A stretch of DNA of 63,490 nucleotides, counting the filler, from Octopus bimaculoides (lineage: Eukaryota), in NCBI RefSeq assembly GCF_001194135.2. It is 5 parts of 5 records of this genome, joined end to end, with 100 filler letters (N's around TTAATTAATTAA, not from the genome) between each part and the next. Parts side by side here need not be neighbours in the genome. Positions count along the whole stretch, not along the records: positions 26,462 to 42,600 come from NC_068993.1; positions 42,701 to 56,122 come from NC_068986.1; 3 more parts are not named here. The stretch is one strand, 5' to 3'. The notes under the pieces are model-generated. The model made no database searches and was not told where the DNA came from. It saw only the letters and a program-made list of their open reading frames with translations. Below, piece after piece: positions 37,056-49,803 of the stretch. The position numbers and the translations under genes were made by a program. Positions within the stretch are counted from its first letter, which is position 1; each line of letters opens with the position of its first letter.

Positions 37056-37891
37056 GAATCCTACCAACAATCAAAGAGAAAAACAACTTGTTTTAAATCT
37101 CTGAGCGAGAGATATACAGTAACAGTACTGAAAAGTAAAGTTTATTTGCCAACAGAATGTGGCAATCCTATGTAATGACGATGTTACTGTTGTTTAGCCC
37201 CAAGAAATATATATATATANNNNNNNNNNNNNNNNNNNNNNNNNNNNNNNNNNNNNNNNNNNNNNNNNNNNNNNNNNNNNNNNNNNNNNNNNNNNNNNNN
37301 NNNNNNNNNNNNNNNNNNNNNNNNNNNNNNNNNNNNNNNNNNNNNNNNNNNNNNNNNNNNNNNNNNNNNNNNNNNNNNNNNNNNNNNNNNNNNNNNNNNN
37401 NNNNNNNNNNNNNNNNNNNNNNNNNNNNNNNNNNNNNNNNNNNNNNNNNNNNNNNNNNNNNNNNNNNNNNNNNNNNNNNNNNNNNNNNNNNNNNNNNNNN
37501 NNNNNNNNNNNNNNNNNNNNNNNNNNNNNNNNNNNNNNNNNNNNNNNNNNNNNNNNNNNNNNNNNNNNNNNNNNNNNNNNNNNNNNNNNNNNNNNNNNNN
37601 NNNNNNNNNNNNNNNNNNNNNNNNNNNNNNNNNNNNNNNNNNNNNNNNNNNNNNNNNNNNNNNNNNNNNNNNNNNNNNNNNNNNNNNNNNNNNNNNNNNN
37701 NNNNNNNNNNNNNNNNNNNNNNNNNNNNNNNNNNNNNNNNNNNNNNNNNNNNNNNNNNNNNNNNNNNNNNNNNNNNNNNNNNNNNNNNNNNNNNNNNNNN
37801 NNNNNNNNNNNNNNNNNNNNNNNNNNNNNNNNNNNNNNNNNNNNNNNNNNNNNNNNNNNNNNNNNNNNNNNNNNNNNNNNNNNNNNNNNNN

Positions 37892-38290
37892 CCCCCCCCA
37901 GGGCCAGACCGTCAGTCGAGAGTTCTACTGCGACGTTTTGTAATGTTTGTAGGAGAGCATTGGAGGAAAGCGATCGAATCTGTGGAGCCCGATAAATTGG
38001 ATTCTTCACAACGACAATGTACCCTGTCACCGAGCGTTCTTCACTCGTGATTCTCTCTCCAAAAGTTTGGTAATGCTCTGCACCCGCCCTATTCGCCAGA
38101 TTTAGCACCTGCGAACGCCCATCACTTCCCCAAGATGAAAATTCAGCTGAAAAGTCGCCATTGTAACACCGTTGTGAGTCGCAGAGAGACATCGACTCGC
38201 TTACGTAAAACAACTTCTAGGCCGGATTATAAAAATTGCAGGAACGCTGGACTGGTTTAGTGCTGCGGGAGGTGACTATTTTGAAATATA
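37892..38290 (+). pseudogene. mariner transposase C-terminal fragment (different subfamily from 30085)
   Basis: PQGQTVSREFYCDVL...WILHNDNVPCH...HPPYSPDLAP...FPKMKIQLK...GDYFE; 5' part lost in the gap. Confidence 0.8.
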
Positions 38291-38344
38291 TTATGTTAAA
38301 ACTTACGTAAATATTTTTTTTTATTAATATTAAACATAATTAAT

Positions 38345-38625
38345 TGCACGCCGTCAGTTACGACGACGTGGGGTTCCAGTCCATCTGATCAACGGAGCAG
38401 CCTGCTTTGAAATTAACGTGCAAGTAGCTGAGCACTCCTCAGACATGCGTACTCTTAACGTAGTTCTTAGGGAGATTCAGTGTGACACAGGACGAGACAA
38501 GGCTGACCCTTTAAAACAGAGGCAATACTCATTCTTGCCAACTCGACTAGTCTTGCTCAAGAGAACAACGCACTACCAGGTATCGGACTTACAGTCTTAA
38601 GCTAACTACCCTAACCACGCCTTCA
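38345..38625 (-). mobile_element. SINE family B, internally deleted
   Basis: Tail homologous to 3935-4100; the reverse complement has ttctcttgagcaagac and the head gaaggcgtggttagg. Confidence 0.75.
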
Positions 38626-39144
38626 TATATATATATATATATATANNNNNNNNNNNNNNNNNNNNNNNNNNNNNNNNNNNNNNNNNNNNNNNNNNNNNNN
38701 NNNNNNNNNNNNNNNNNNNNNNNNNNNNNNNNNNNNNNNNNNNNNNNNNNNNNNNNNNNNNNNNNNNNNNNNNNNNNNNNNNNNNNNNNNNNNNNNNNNN
38801 NNNNNNNNNNNNNNNNNNNNNNNNNNNNNNNNNNNNNNNNNNNNNNNNNNNNNNNNNNNNNNNNNNNNNNNNNNNNNNNNNNNNNNNNNNNNNNNNNNNN
38901 NNNNNNNNNNNNNNNNNNNNNNNNNNNNNNNNNNNNNNNNNNNNNNNNNNNNNNNNNNNNNNNNNNNNNNNNNNNNNNNNNNNNNNNNNNNNNNNNNNNN
39001 NNNNNNNNNNNNNNNNNNNNNNNNNNNNNNNNNNNNNNNNNNNNNNNNNNNNNNNNNNNNNNNNNNNNNNNNNNNNNNNNNNNNNNNNNNNNNNNNNNNN
39101 NNNNNNNNNNNNNNNNNNNNNNNNNNNNNNNNNNNNNNNNNNNN

Positions 39145-39420
39145 CACGGGTCGCCACTGCATGGTGCCAAAGGTACCGTCCACTGCATCTCACATAAGAA
39201 CGAGATACTGCAGCAGCCTCGGTTTCAGAAGACCTCAGCTCTTCAATGCCCTGCCAAAACATTTGAGAGACATGCAAGACATGGATGCGGAGGTCTTCAA
39301 GACAAAACTTGACGCTTTCCTCTCCACGATACCAGACGAACCAATGGCTCGTAATGAGACGCAGTTTAGGGCAGCTATGTCAAATTCTCTTATACACCAG
39401 ATGTGCCATCAAAACTCTTG
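39145..39420 (+). pseudogene. CR1/L2-group LINE ORF2 C-terminus
   Basis: RTRYCSSLGFRRPQLFNALPKHLRDM...VFKTKLDAFLSTIPDEP...RAAMSNSLIHQ, the typical F..R...LFN.LP...FK..LD.FL..IPD.P tail. Confidence 0.75.
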
Positions 39421-39499
39421 ATTGGACCATGTCAGGTGGGGGAGAAGAGCCATGCAAGGAACGTGAAAATCACGGTGTATGAAGTTTATACTTAATACT

Positions 39500-39710
39500 G
39501 ATTTCTAATTTTGACACAAGGCCAGCAATTTTGAGGATAAGTCGGTTACATTTATTCTAATGTTCAACTGGTAGTTAATTTATTGACCCCGAAAGGGTGA
39601 AAGGCAATAGTCGACCTCAGCGGAGTTTGAACTCAGAATGCAAAGACGGACGAAAAGCTTCTAAACATTTCGCCTGTCGTGCTAAATGATTCTGCCTGCT
39701 CACAGCCTTA
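39500..39710 (-). mobile_element. SINE family A, full length
   Basis: Reverse complement taaggctgtgagcaggcagaatcatttagcacg...ttctgagttcaaactccgctgaggtcgac...ttgctggccttgtgtcaaaattagaaat. Confidence 0.85.
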
Positions 39711-39770
39711 CTTAATTTTGATACTGAGTTATAGAAGTTTTATTCTTTGCGTCTGTGTATTAATGTCTGC

Positions 39771-39956
39771 TAAGGTAGCGAGACGGCAGAATCGTTAGTA
39801 TATCGGACAAAATGTTTAGCGGCATTTCTTCCGACTCTTTATGTTCAAGGTTCAACTTTGCATTTCATCTTTTCAAGCCCGATAAAATAAATACCAGTTT
39901 AGCATTGGGATCGGTGTAATCGACTTGTTCCCGATCCTCAGAATTACTGGCCTTCA
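39771..39956 (+). mobile_element. SINE family A
   Basis: taaggtagcgagacggcagaatcgttag...gataaaataaataccagtt...gaattactggccttc. Confidence 0.8.
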
Positions 39957-42175
39957 GCTCTGCAACAGTCCAACGTTCCTTTCGGAGGAAATGCTCTGAT
40001 TTCGGTCAGTTGAACACTATGAAAACCGACAACTGGCAGTGAAAAACCTCTAGTGCTCTTAGTACTTTCTACTAAGAGAAGTTAAACTCGTATAAAAAGA
40101 CTTCAAGTGTTGTTGGTTTTTGATTGTTTCAACCGCAGTTATGTCACTGGTGTTATAACTGATTGTGTTGAAAAGCGAGTTCAGTGTTGTGAAACACTTC
40201 ATGCACTCTCAAAACAAATTCACGCACAAAAACTTCTTGGATTCTGAGAATATTTGCATGACTTACTGTGCTTAGGAATTGATCATAGGTGGTCACAAGT
40301 TGACTTCCAGTATGTGTGTGTGTTTGTGTCTGTGTGTTGGTGCGTATATATATGTGAGTGTTTGTGTGTGTGAGCGTGACTATGTGTGTGTACGTGTGTG
40401 TTGTGTGTGTGTGAGTGAGTGTGTGTGAATTTGTTTTTGCGTGGACTTATACTCAACAAATTTCCCATTAAAATGATGGATTATTCAATACCTTTTGAAG
40501 ATTATAAATGTATAATACATTTACAAGAGGGATAACTGTAACTTCGAATTTTCAGCTTGCTAGCATCCACCGGACGCTCTGACAAACGCTAGCAGGTCAA
40601 AGTATCAATGTCGCTTTCACTCATCTTTTTGAAGAAGTACAACAGTCACCATGAGTAGCAAAAATCACACAAAAACACCTGGATACCACACCCGTTTTAT
40701 AGGTAAAACGCATATAAATATAAGTGTGTTAACAAAAAATCAGGATAGGATAGAGTCAAATCGGCTTAAATTTCGCATGTAGCCCACTCAAATTACTTGC
40801 AAATCAAGTGTCAGATACCATTCAATAAAATGTTTTCCGCAGTATTATTTTTCAGTGATGTAAATTGTAGCAATATGAAGAAAATCTACTGATTTAATTC
40901 GAATATGTCACACGTACGAAATCATAGAGACAATCCTATAATGGATTCCTAAAATATTCTGTTAGTTAATAAAACTCTTGGAAATTATGACAGAATATTT
41001 ATAGATTCTTCATATCATACTTCACCGAGTTTAACTTCTTTCATTTCTTAAAGCAAAACAACTCTAAACACCACTATAAAAAAATGTATCTGTGTGTTAA
41101 TATATACGTTTACTTAATGAAGTTCGGATGATAAGTACCAGTCGTGAAGTAGCATACCATAGAACAATGTTGAACAAATTTAATAAATTGCTACTACTAT
41201 TTAGCGCCCAAATACATTTTTTGTATTATCAAAACAGAGTATGCCCCTGCTGATTAAAGCATATCTGTTTTTTCATCAAGAAGTAAGAAAGGAAAACGTA
41301 ATACGAATTGCGTGCGTTTGTGCAGTTACTATTGTGCTCATTTTCACTTTTGGTTACCAGATAACCAATCATATTTCATCAAAACGACACATCGCAGAGC
41401 AACGTTAAAAGTTTTAATAAAACAGTGTTACGAATTTGTTTCTAAGTATTTTCAGTTTATCCGCAAAACGGAACACATCACGTGCAAGTTAAACGTTCTT
41501 GACGCTATCACCAATCTTCGAACATGAATAGAATTCTCTGTGGGTGCATATTTGCCGGTAAGAGTATCAAATTTAATAATGATAGTTCTTAAATCTATAT
41601 TAACTGTTCTTATAGAATTTTAGTGTTCGAATGACTGAAAAATAATTTTGTTTCCTTTGAGACACTTGGTTTATGTGATAAATGCTTTGCATGTTGAAAA
41701 ATGTTCACATCTTATTTATTATTACGCTTCGAAGTAATTTTTTTTTATTATTTTAAAGGGAATTTCTATTTCTAGGAACCTATTGTATGTTTTATACATC
41801 AAAATAATCGACTAGTAGATGAATAATGTCTATGAATAAATTTACTGTACCAAATGAAGGTATAAGGGAGAAGGATTTATAAAATAGATAAAGGGTGGTT
41901 ATTTCCTTAAAACAGACTACATTTTAGCAGCATGACATCATGAAGCGTATTTTCCACCTGGGGCTATAAACTACAGTAGCATCGATCCATATGGGTCAAC
42001 CACATTTAGGTGGCAAATATACTTCACGATGTCGCTCAGAAATTATTTATTGCGTGTTTCTCCTTTTTCGAGATCAGTGACGGTTTGTCACTAGAAAAAG
42101 CATATAGTATTTTGCATTCGGAATCACTTCTCGTCCGTAGCCGGTGATTGTTACACGCTGATGACGGGTTACTAC

Positions 42176-42365
42176 CAGGGCCGTCGCATGACTTTTAGAG
42201 GCCCCCTGCAACTTTTTATTTCGAGACCCTATCTCTTCAATCAAAATTCATAACGTACGGATCTTTTCTTCATCGCTATATTTTACTTTATTTTATCTGA
42301 AGTTCAATATTTCACGTTATCCTAAAGAACATCTTTAAAAGTACAAGTTAAATTTATTTAGGGCT
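42176..42365 (-). mobile_element. Truncated copy of the hAT-like MITE at 58929-59494
   Basis: Starts cagggccgtcgc; ttcaatcaaaattcataa...gctatattttactttattttatctgaagttc...agaacatctttaaaagtacaa matches the reverse complement of 59320-59494. Confidence 0.75.
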
Positions 42366-42600
42366 GGAACTATCGTATCATTTCATGTTTAGGAAGGCCA
42401 ACATTTAATAGGGTTGAATATTTCAGTAATAAAGAATTTTTTCCTGCGGGTTTTTTTTTTTTTTTGTGCATTCATCTTAGTTGATCCTGTAAGCTGTTGG
42501 AAATGCATTTTTTTCCATGGAAAACGGAGGGGTTGGGTGGGGCGGAGCTCGGAAATCCCTCTTTCTGACTCCGTCTCCAGCGTTATTTTTTATTGAAAAC

Positions 42601-42700
42601 NNNNNNNNNNNNNNNNNNNNNNNNNNNNNNNNNNNNNNNNNNNNTTAATTAATTAANNNNNNNNNNNNNNNNNNNNNNNNNNNNNNNNNNNNNNNNNNNN
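42601..42700. other. Artificial scaffold-join gap with six-frame-stop linker
   Basis: 44 N + TTAATTAATTAA + 44 N. Confidence 0.95.
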
Positions 42701-43138
42701 ATATACCAGACATGCTCGCGTATCACCTGGGGCATCCTAGAAACAGCTGTATGACGTCAGCTGATTTAAGAATAATATAAAATAATGTATATGACTTGAG
42801 ATGCTTGTTATGCCTTGGCGTTTGTTGTCCTCTTTTATCTCCACTTAAATAGACGTCACTTTTCTCGCCTACTATTATCTTCTGTTCTATTTATTCTATA
42901 TCTCTTTAGAATTTCTCCCAAGCGTTATCCATTTCAATGCGTCTTAGCCAAATGGACCTTAATGTTTGTCTTCGTCGATTGTTTACTCTGTATGTCCTCT
43001 CTGTCGTTTGTTCGTTCGAAGCTCTAACTCTCCACAAATTTTATATCTTAAAAATTTCTGGATGCTGCTGTTTCATGACGGTTTCCTATCTTGTCGTTGA
43101 AAGCGCGAAACCAGCCTTATCTAATTTTGATATGTACT

Positions 43139-43203
<65 letters not shown>

Positions 43204-45217
43204 GTGTGTGTGTGTGTGTTAAATACAATGAGACAACAAAGCCAAAGCTGTATGGAATTTTCAGGAGATTTATAAAGTCTTTGTTGTTACTGGGATATTA
43301 GGGATATCCCTTCATCAGGGACTATGTGAGATGGTTACATAGAGGAAAATAGTTGAGTTCAATATAAAGAAAAGAAGGGGAGAAAGGATTATAAAGGGAA
43401 ATAAGAAAATAAAATTGAAAATAAAAATATATGTTGGATGTCATAGTAGCAATTCCGTTACCCAAGTAAAGTGGCGTGTAAAAATGGTAGAAATGCTTCT
43501 TGTCCACTGTATGTAAATTCCGATACGAGTTCATATTTTGTCATTGCAAATGGAAAGTCTGGAGGCGTAGATTCCATGTGCTGTTCATTGAAAGGGGTCT
43601 TGTAGTGTGAATGAAGTTTTGAGAATCTAGTGGTAGTATTAAGTAGATAGAGAGAAGAGAAAAGATGTGTATGTTAAAATGAGGAGAATGGTCAAGAGAA
43701 TAGGTGAAGAAGGAAGGAAAAAGACAAAGAAAGAAAGAGGAAGAGAAAATAAAAAAAGGCGTGTTAGTTGGTGGTCAAAATATTATGAGTGGGTGGGAGA
43801 GAAGTAAGGGAGGGATAGGAAGAGATAGGAATTTAAGTAATGAAAATGTATGAGGAGTGGAATGTGAGGTGATATGTTTGAAAGGCACTAAGGTGGAGAG
43901 ATGGGTACAGAAAATGGTACAAGAGCGGGGTTACTGCAATGAGTATTAAACCTCAATATAGGAAGGGCAGAATAATAAGATATAATTTTTGAAATTTCTA
44001 AACATAGACGGAGTTGTTTATTGTACTGGCTAATGTGACAGAGGGGGCTAAGGAATCAGGGAGAGAAAGAATTAAGTGCATATACATATGCGTGTATATG
44101 TACTATTATACAGGCCCGCACACTCATTTTATTTAATATACACATTCTCATACAAGACCCGCATTAGACTCCTCAATCATATAATTATTGAACCGAGTGA
44201 TTAAGTACCATCCAAACATAGCACTTACGTAGCCCCTTACCTGTCACTTTGGGTCTTTTGGATACCATTGCCTCTCATATATATATGTGGGGGGGGTGCG
44301 TATGTGCGTGCGTGTGCGTGTGTGCGTCTGCGTGTGTGTGTGTGCGTGTGTGTGCATGTGTGTGTTAAGAAAATGAAGGCAGTCAGATTTTTGGATAATT
44401 CTTTATTAGCGCTTCCGTTCGTTCAACCGCACTCCTCAAGAGTTATACAACTATATTATATATATATATATATATATATACATACACGAACAAGCACAAC
44501 CACACACATACGCTCATGCACACCCATATGCATACATATATNNNNNNNNNNNNNNNNNNNNNNNNNNNNNNNNNNNNNNNNNNNNNNNNNNNNNNNNNNN
44601 NNNNNNNNNNNNNNNNNNNNNNNNNNNNNNNNNNNNNNNNNNNNNNNNNNNNNNNNNNNNNNNNNNNNNNNNNNNNNNNNNNNNNNNNNNNNNNNNNNNN
44701 NNNNNNNNNNNNNNNNNNNNNNNNNNNNNNNNNNNNNNNNNNNNNNNNNNNNNNNNNNNNNNNNNNNNNNNNNNNNNNNNNNNNNNNNNNNNNNNNNNNN
44801 NNNNNNNNNNNNNNNNNNNNNNNNNNNNNNNNNNNNNNNNNNNNNNNNNNNNNNNNNNNNNNNNNNNNNNNNNNNNNNNNNNNNNNNNNNNNNNNNNNNN
44901 NNNNNNNNNNNNNNNNNNNNNNNNNNNNNNNNNNNNNNNNNNNNNNNNNNNNNNNNNNNNNNNNNNNNNNNNNNNNNNNNNNNNNNNNNNNNNNNNNNNN
45001 NNNNNNNNNNNNNNNNNNNNNNNNNNNNNNNNNNNNNNNNNNNNNNNNNNNNNNNNNNNNNNNNNNNNNNNNNNNNNNNNNNNNNNNNNNNNNNNNNNNN
45101 NNNNNNNNNNNNNNNNNNNNNNNNNNNNNNNNNNNNNNNNNNNNNNNNNNNNNNNNNNNNNATATATATATAACGTGAGAGAGTTAGGGATTGGGGGTTC
45201 AAGACAGATACACACAT

Positions 45218-45368
45218 ATACGACGGGCTTCTTTCACTTTCTGTGTTCCAGATCCACATACAAGCTTTTGTTAAATCCGGATATTTTGTAGAAGACGCCT
45301 GCTTAAGGTTCCACACCATTGGGCAGAACTCAGAACCATGTGTTTGGGAAGCAAACTTCTTAACATCC
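45218..45368 (-). mobile_element. SINE family D 5' half
   Basis: atacgacgggcttctttca...gtagaagacgcctgcttaagg...gaactcagaaccatgtg, homologous to 51570-51705. Confidence 0.7.
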
Positions 45369-45411
45369 AGCTTTATACATGTATATTTATTCATACGTGT
45401 GTGTGTGTGTG

Positions 45412-45535
45412 TGTTAACCTAATGAATAACATACTAGTATTCAAACCAAGTATATGTTTCAATTGTCCCTGTTATCCTATAGGTGCACTAGGCTTTATTG
45501 TAGCAGATATGTGTAACAGCTTCGAAATGCTAGGT
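45412..45535. repeat. First copy of a ~125-bp dispersed direct repeat
   Basis: tgttaacctaatga..aacatactagtattca...ttgtccctgttatc...tgcactagg...tgtgtaaca..ttcgaaa.gct.aggt; second copy at 46229-46357. Confidence 0.8.
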
Positions 45536-46228
45536 TGTATACACACACACACATATATATATATATGTGCTGTATAATACATATGTACGCAGAATCTGTA
45601 AAAATAATTGTTTTTCCTTGACACCCTATACACACACACGCTCACACCTCGATGGATGCATTTACATTCACATGTATAAGGAATGAACAATGTTAAAAAT
45701 ATTGTACGTAATAAGTAAACGAACGTAAAACGGTAGTAGCTGTAATACATTACTCACAGAAATTTGCGTGGTAAAATACACAAGGCGCCCTAGTAATATC
45801 ATGGGGGATCTTCATGCTTACTGTTTCAACCTAATTTCATCACCTCGATGACAAACATACACGGACAATTAGAGATAAGCCGAAATATTCGTAACGATAT
45901 AGAAATCGGTTAACGAAACCATATAGGATACGGCTAATTACAACTAGAAGTCGTTAATGAAATTTTGAAAAAATGTAAAGCATTCCAGAGGTTTAGCTTA
46001 TAGTATGTACTTTTACCAAAATGTAGGAAAACATGGTTATGCGTTAACGCATATACATGCACGTGAAGATATATACATTAAAAGTATAATGAATAACAGT
46101 AGAATATTTCAGTAAAAACAGCCAACCGGTGAAAACAGACATAAAATTGTTTATGAAATATGGTTGTAAATTTTAGTTACCTTTGTAATGTGAATGTATT
46201 GTCTAAAGTTGGGTAAATAGAACGTATA

Positions 46229-46357
46229 TGTTAACCTAATGAGAAACATACTAGTATTCAGACCACATATATGTTTCATTTGTCCCTGTTATCTGATAGA
46301 TGCACTAGGTTTTGTAGCAGCAGATTTGTGTAACAATTTCGAAACGCTTAGGTAACA
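46229..46357. repeat. Second copy of the ~125-bp direct repeat
   Basis: See 45412-45535; this copy runs TGTTAACCT...AGGTAACA. Confidence 0.8.
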
Positions 46358-46554
46358 CTGTGCAACAAATTTCAGGTTAAAAAAAAGTACAAGTAAAAAC
46401 TAAACAGTCTCGTGAGTTCCATACTCTTTCTCTCATATTTTTATAACTGTGTGTATATATACATACATACATACATACATACATACATACATGCATACAT
46501 ACACAATACATATATTGTACCGCTGAACTTTACACGTTTCTTTTCTCTCTTTCC

Positions 46555-46712
46555 CTTTCTATTTATTTCCTCTTATTCCTTTCTGTCGAAGAGCGAAGGC
46601 TCGGAACGTAAAAGACTGTTGCAATTTTTCCGAACGTCAAACTTAATACTCTTGCCTGTTGTTCCTACAAGTGTCTTCGCTTTTTGCTTTTCATAAATCT
46701 GAACCTTAACCT
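46555..46712 (+). mobile_element. Short PLE-like repeat with degenerate minimal hammerhead (family F)
   Basis: cttt-CTGTCGA-a-gag(cgaagg)ctc-GGAA-cgt-a-aaag; homologous to 48700-48845. Confidence 0.6.
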
Positions 46713-47377
46713 ATTTAACATTTAAATTATACAAGTATGTATGTATGTATGTATGTATGTATATGTCGACGGCTGCCTTCAAATTTTTCTAGCCTAAGTG
46801 CTTTCATATGCTAATACCTGTAGCTATATACACTTCGAGTTCAACAATAAAAACGAATTCTTTCACGTTCTCTCCAAGTTTCTTAGTGTTATGGCTAAAA
46901 TATAAGATGTCACTCACTGCTTTTCTCTCCCTGTATGGACACACACATGCATACATACACACACACACAAACACACACACACACACAATCACGCAACACC
47001 CCATATATTCACAAATCGCTAGAACTATCTTCACTCGCACAAAACAAGCCTTGTCACTTTGTTAGTGACTGGCTTGAATTCTAAGAAGAAATACTAAATA
47101 AGAAATCAATCTCTAAGAAAAACACAGGTCTACGTTGTTGATGCTGTCGAAATTCCAATGAAAGACCCTTGTTTCTGGGTCGGAAATTGGTGCTTTTCTC
47201 TATTGGTGAGAATTTTACAGAATAAACCAGACCTTACATACATTTAATCATATATAAATATACACGTAATAATTAAACAGAAAACAAAAAGAAAAAAAAT
47301 TGTTTTAGACTTCAATAACTTATCGCAACAAATAAGGGTGTCTAATCCAGATCGTGTCTTTTCTTTCCCGACCACAG

Positions 47378-47400
47378 CAACTGAACATGGCGCCAAAATG
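47378..47400 (+). other. Candidate 23-nt micro-exon containing a start codon
   Basis: tcttttctttcccgaccacAG|caactgaacATGGCGccaaaATG|GTAAGG. Confidence 0.3.
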
Positions 47401-47589
47401 GTAAGGGGAATGACGTGGGAAAGGATATGTTTTAATATCTTGTAACTAACGTTTTATAAGGGTTTTGCCTTGTTAGCTCATGTCAAACGAAATTGTATAG
47501 CAAGCTTCAAATACTTGCTTATACACAATGGTTTCAGATTTGGAACCGTGATATCCATCGGTAATAATAATCGCGGTAATATAAATACT

Positions 47590-47626
47590 TGTAGCAGCCG
47601 TCAACGTCGTCATCGTCGTCATCGTT

Positions 47627-47685
<59 letters not shown>

Positions 47686-47725
47686 GGTGGTGGTAGTAGT
47701 AATGGTGGTAGTAGTAGTAGTAGTA
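47590..47725. repeat. (AGT/GGT)n compound microsatellite
   Basis: Direct reading. Confidence 0.9.
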
Positions 47726-47777
47726 TGGTTTCAGTTTAGTATACAGCAATATCAATATAAAAATAAATACGACTGAT

Positions 47778-47823
<46 letters not shown>

Positions 47824-48699
47824 CAGATTCTGAGCGTGTATGTATATGAATTATATACATTATAAAAACATAAAGTATATACGCATGAGTGTGTGCTTGC
47901 ATACATGCGTACGTTTTATATAGAGATATATAGTTAAATGTATATACATACACGCACGCACTCACGCACGTACACATACTCATGCACACACACTCACACA
48001 CACACACAAACACACACACACAAACACACACACATATGTATATATACATTATATGAGAATATGTAGACATGAAGTAGGTGTGTGAGGAGTCTATATTTAT
48101 ATATAATGTATAATGCTTACCTACCAGAGGGTGTTTATATATCAAATTGTACCCAGGATGTCGACAGTCATTATATTATGTCTGGTATTGTAGGTATGTG
48201 GTCAGTACGGCAGCTATATATAAACAAACGTTAATGTATGTGTAAACATTGATATGTACCTAAGTATATGCAGACATATTGTAAAATATTCATAAATTTA
48301 GAGAAGCACAGCCACACATATATTCCCCTATATATGTGTGTGATCATATGTGTGTGTGTTCACTCAGTCGTACTTGTATGTATTTCAGTATATCTATGTA
48401 TATCTATCTATATCTATCAAGCTATATGCCTGTCGTTTTTGCTTGTCTGTGGAGATGTCTATGTATACATACGTTCGTATATGAATACACATGGTGAAAT
48501 ATCCGTAAATTTATAGAAGCCCATGAACACATACATGCATTCATATGTACCTCTGCGTGTGCGTGTGTGTATGTGTGTGTACGCTCAGATGTACTTGTAC
48601 GTCTGTATTTATGTATGCAAGTATATGTCCCTATCGCTGTCTATCAAGCTGTATGCTTGACGTTTTTGTCTGCCTGCATAGATTGCTAGCCACTAAACC

Positions 48700-48845
48700 T
48701 CTTTTTTTAATTTTCTCTCCCTGTTTGTCGAAGGGCGTAGGCTCGAAACGTAAAAGACTTTCTCACTTCCCGAGCGTTAAACTAATACGTCTGTTTGTTA
48801 TTTACACACCAGTCTTCGTCCTTTGTTTTTTTGTAAATTCTCACT
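48700..48845 (+). mobile_element. Family F repeat ending at (TA)n
   Basis: gtcga-a-ggg(cgtagg)ctc-GAAA-cgt-a-aaag actttctcacttcccgagcgttaaactaatac...gtaaattctcact(TA)n. Confidence 0.65.
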
Positions 48846-49234
48846 ATATATATATATATATANNNNNNNNNNNNNNNNNNNNNNNNNNNNNNNNNNNNNN
48901 NNNNNNNNNNNNNNNNNNNNNNNNNNNNNNNNNNNNNNNNNNNNNNNNNNNNNNNNNNNNNNNNNNNNNNNNNNNNNNNNNNNNNNNNNNNNNNNNNNNN
49001 NNNNNNNNNNNNNNNNNNNNNNNNNNNNNNNNNNNNNNNNNNNNNNNNNNNNNNNNNNNNNNNNNNNNNNNNNNNNNNNNNNNNNNNNNNNNNNNNNNNN
49101 NNNNNNNNNNNNNNNNNNNNNNNNNNNNNNNNNNNNNNNNNNNNNNNNNNNNNNNNNNNNNNNNNNNNNNNNNNNNNNNNNNNNNNNNNNNNNNNNNNNN
49201 NNNNNNNNNNNNNNNNNNNNNNNNNNNNNNNNNN

Positions 49235-49282
<48 letters not shown>

Positions 49283-49358
49283 CGTGTGTGTGTGTGTATG
49301 TGTGTATGTACATATACACACACACGCACACACGCACACACGCACACACATATATGTA

Positions 49359-49571
49359 CGGTAATCCCTCGACTATCGCTGGTGTTAAGTTGTAAAACAA
49401 CCCGCGATAGGTGAAAATCCGCGGAGTCGAAACAGTACTATTGAGTATATTTATTTTTATGATTTTTATGTATCTATTTTCTTATAGTTGCAAAGCAACA
49501 CCAGAGAGGAATCGACGTAAGCTTAAATGAAATCCGCGGTAAGTGAACTGCGATATGGCGATGGATTACTG
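49359..49571. mobile_element. pogo/Tigger-like MITE with TIRs and TA TSD
   Basis: TA|cggtaatccctcgactatcgc ... gcgatatggcgatggattactg|TA; subterminal atccgcg repeats. Confidence 0.8.
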
Positions 49572-49650
49572 TATGTGTGTGTATGTATGTATTATGTATG
49601 TATGTATGTGTGTGTGTGTGTGTATGTGCATGTGTGTGTGTTTGTATGTG

Positions 49651-49686
<36 letters not shown>

Positions 49687-49699
49687 ATTCTTTGTGGAT

Positions 49700-49803
49700 A
49701 GTTGTCCCCCAACATCACTTGACAACTGGGGCTGATGTTTTACGTTTCAGTATTCAAGCGGTTCAGCAAAAAATACCCATGAAAGAAGTAACAGGTCTTG
49801 AAA
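49700..49803 (+). mobile_element. Degenerate SINE family D fragment
   Basis: gtcccccaacatcacttgacaac...gcggttcagcaaaa, similar to 58165-58250. Confidence 0.55.
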
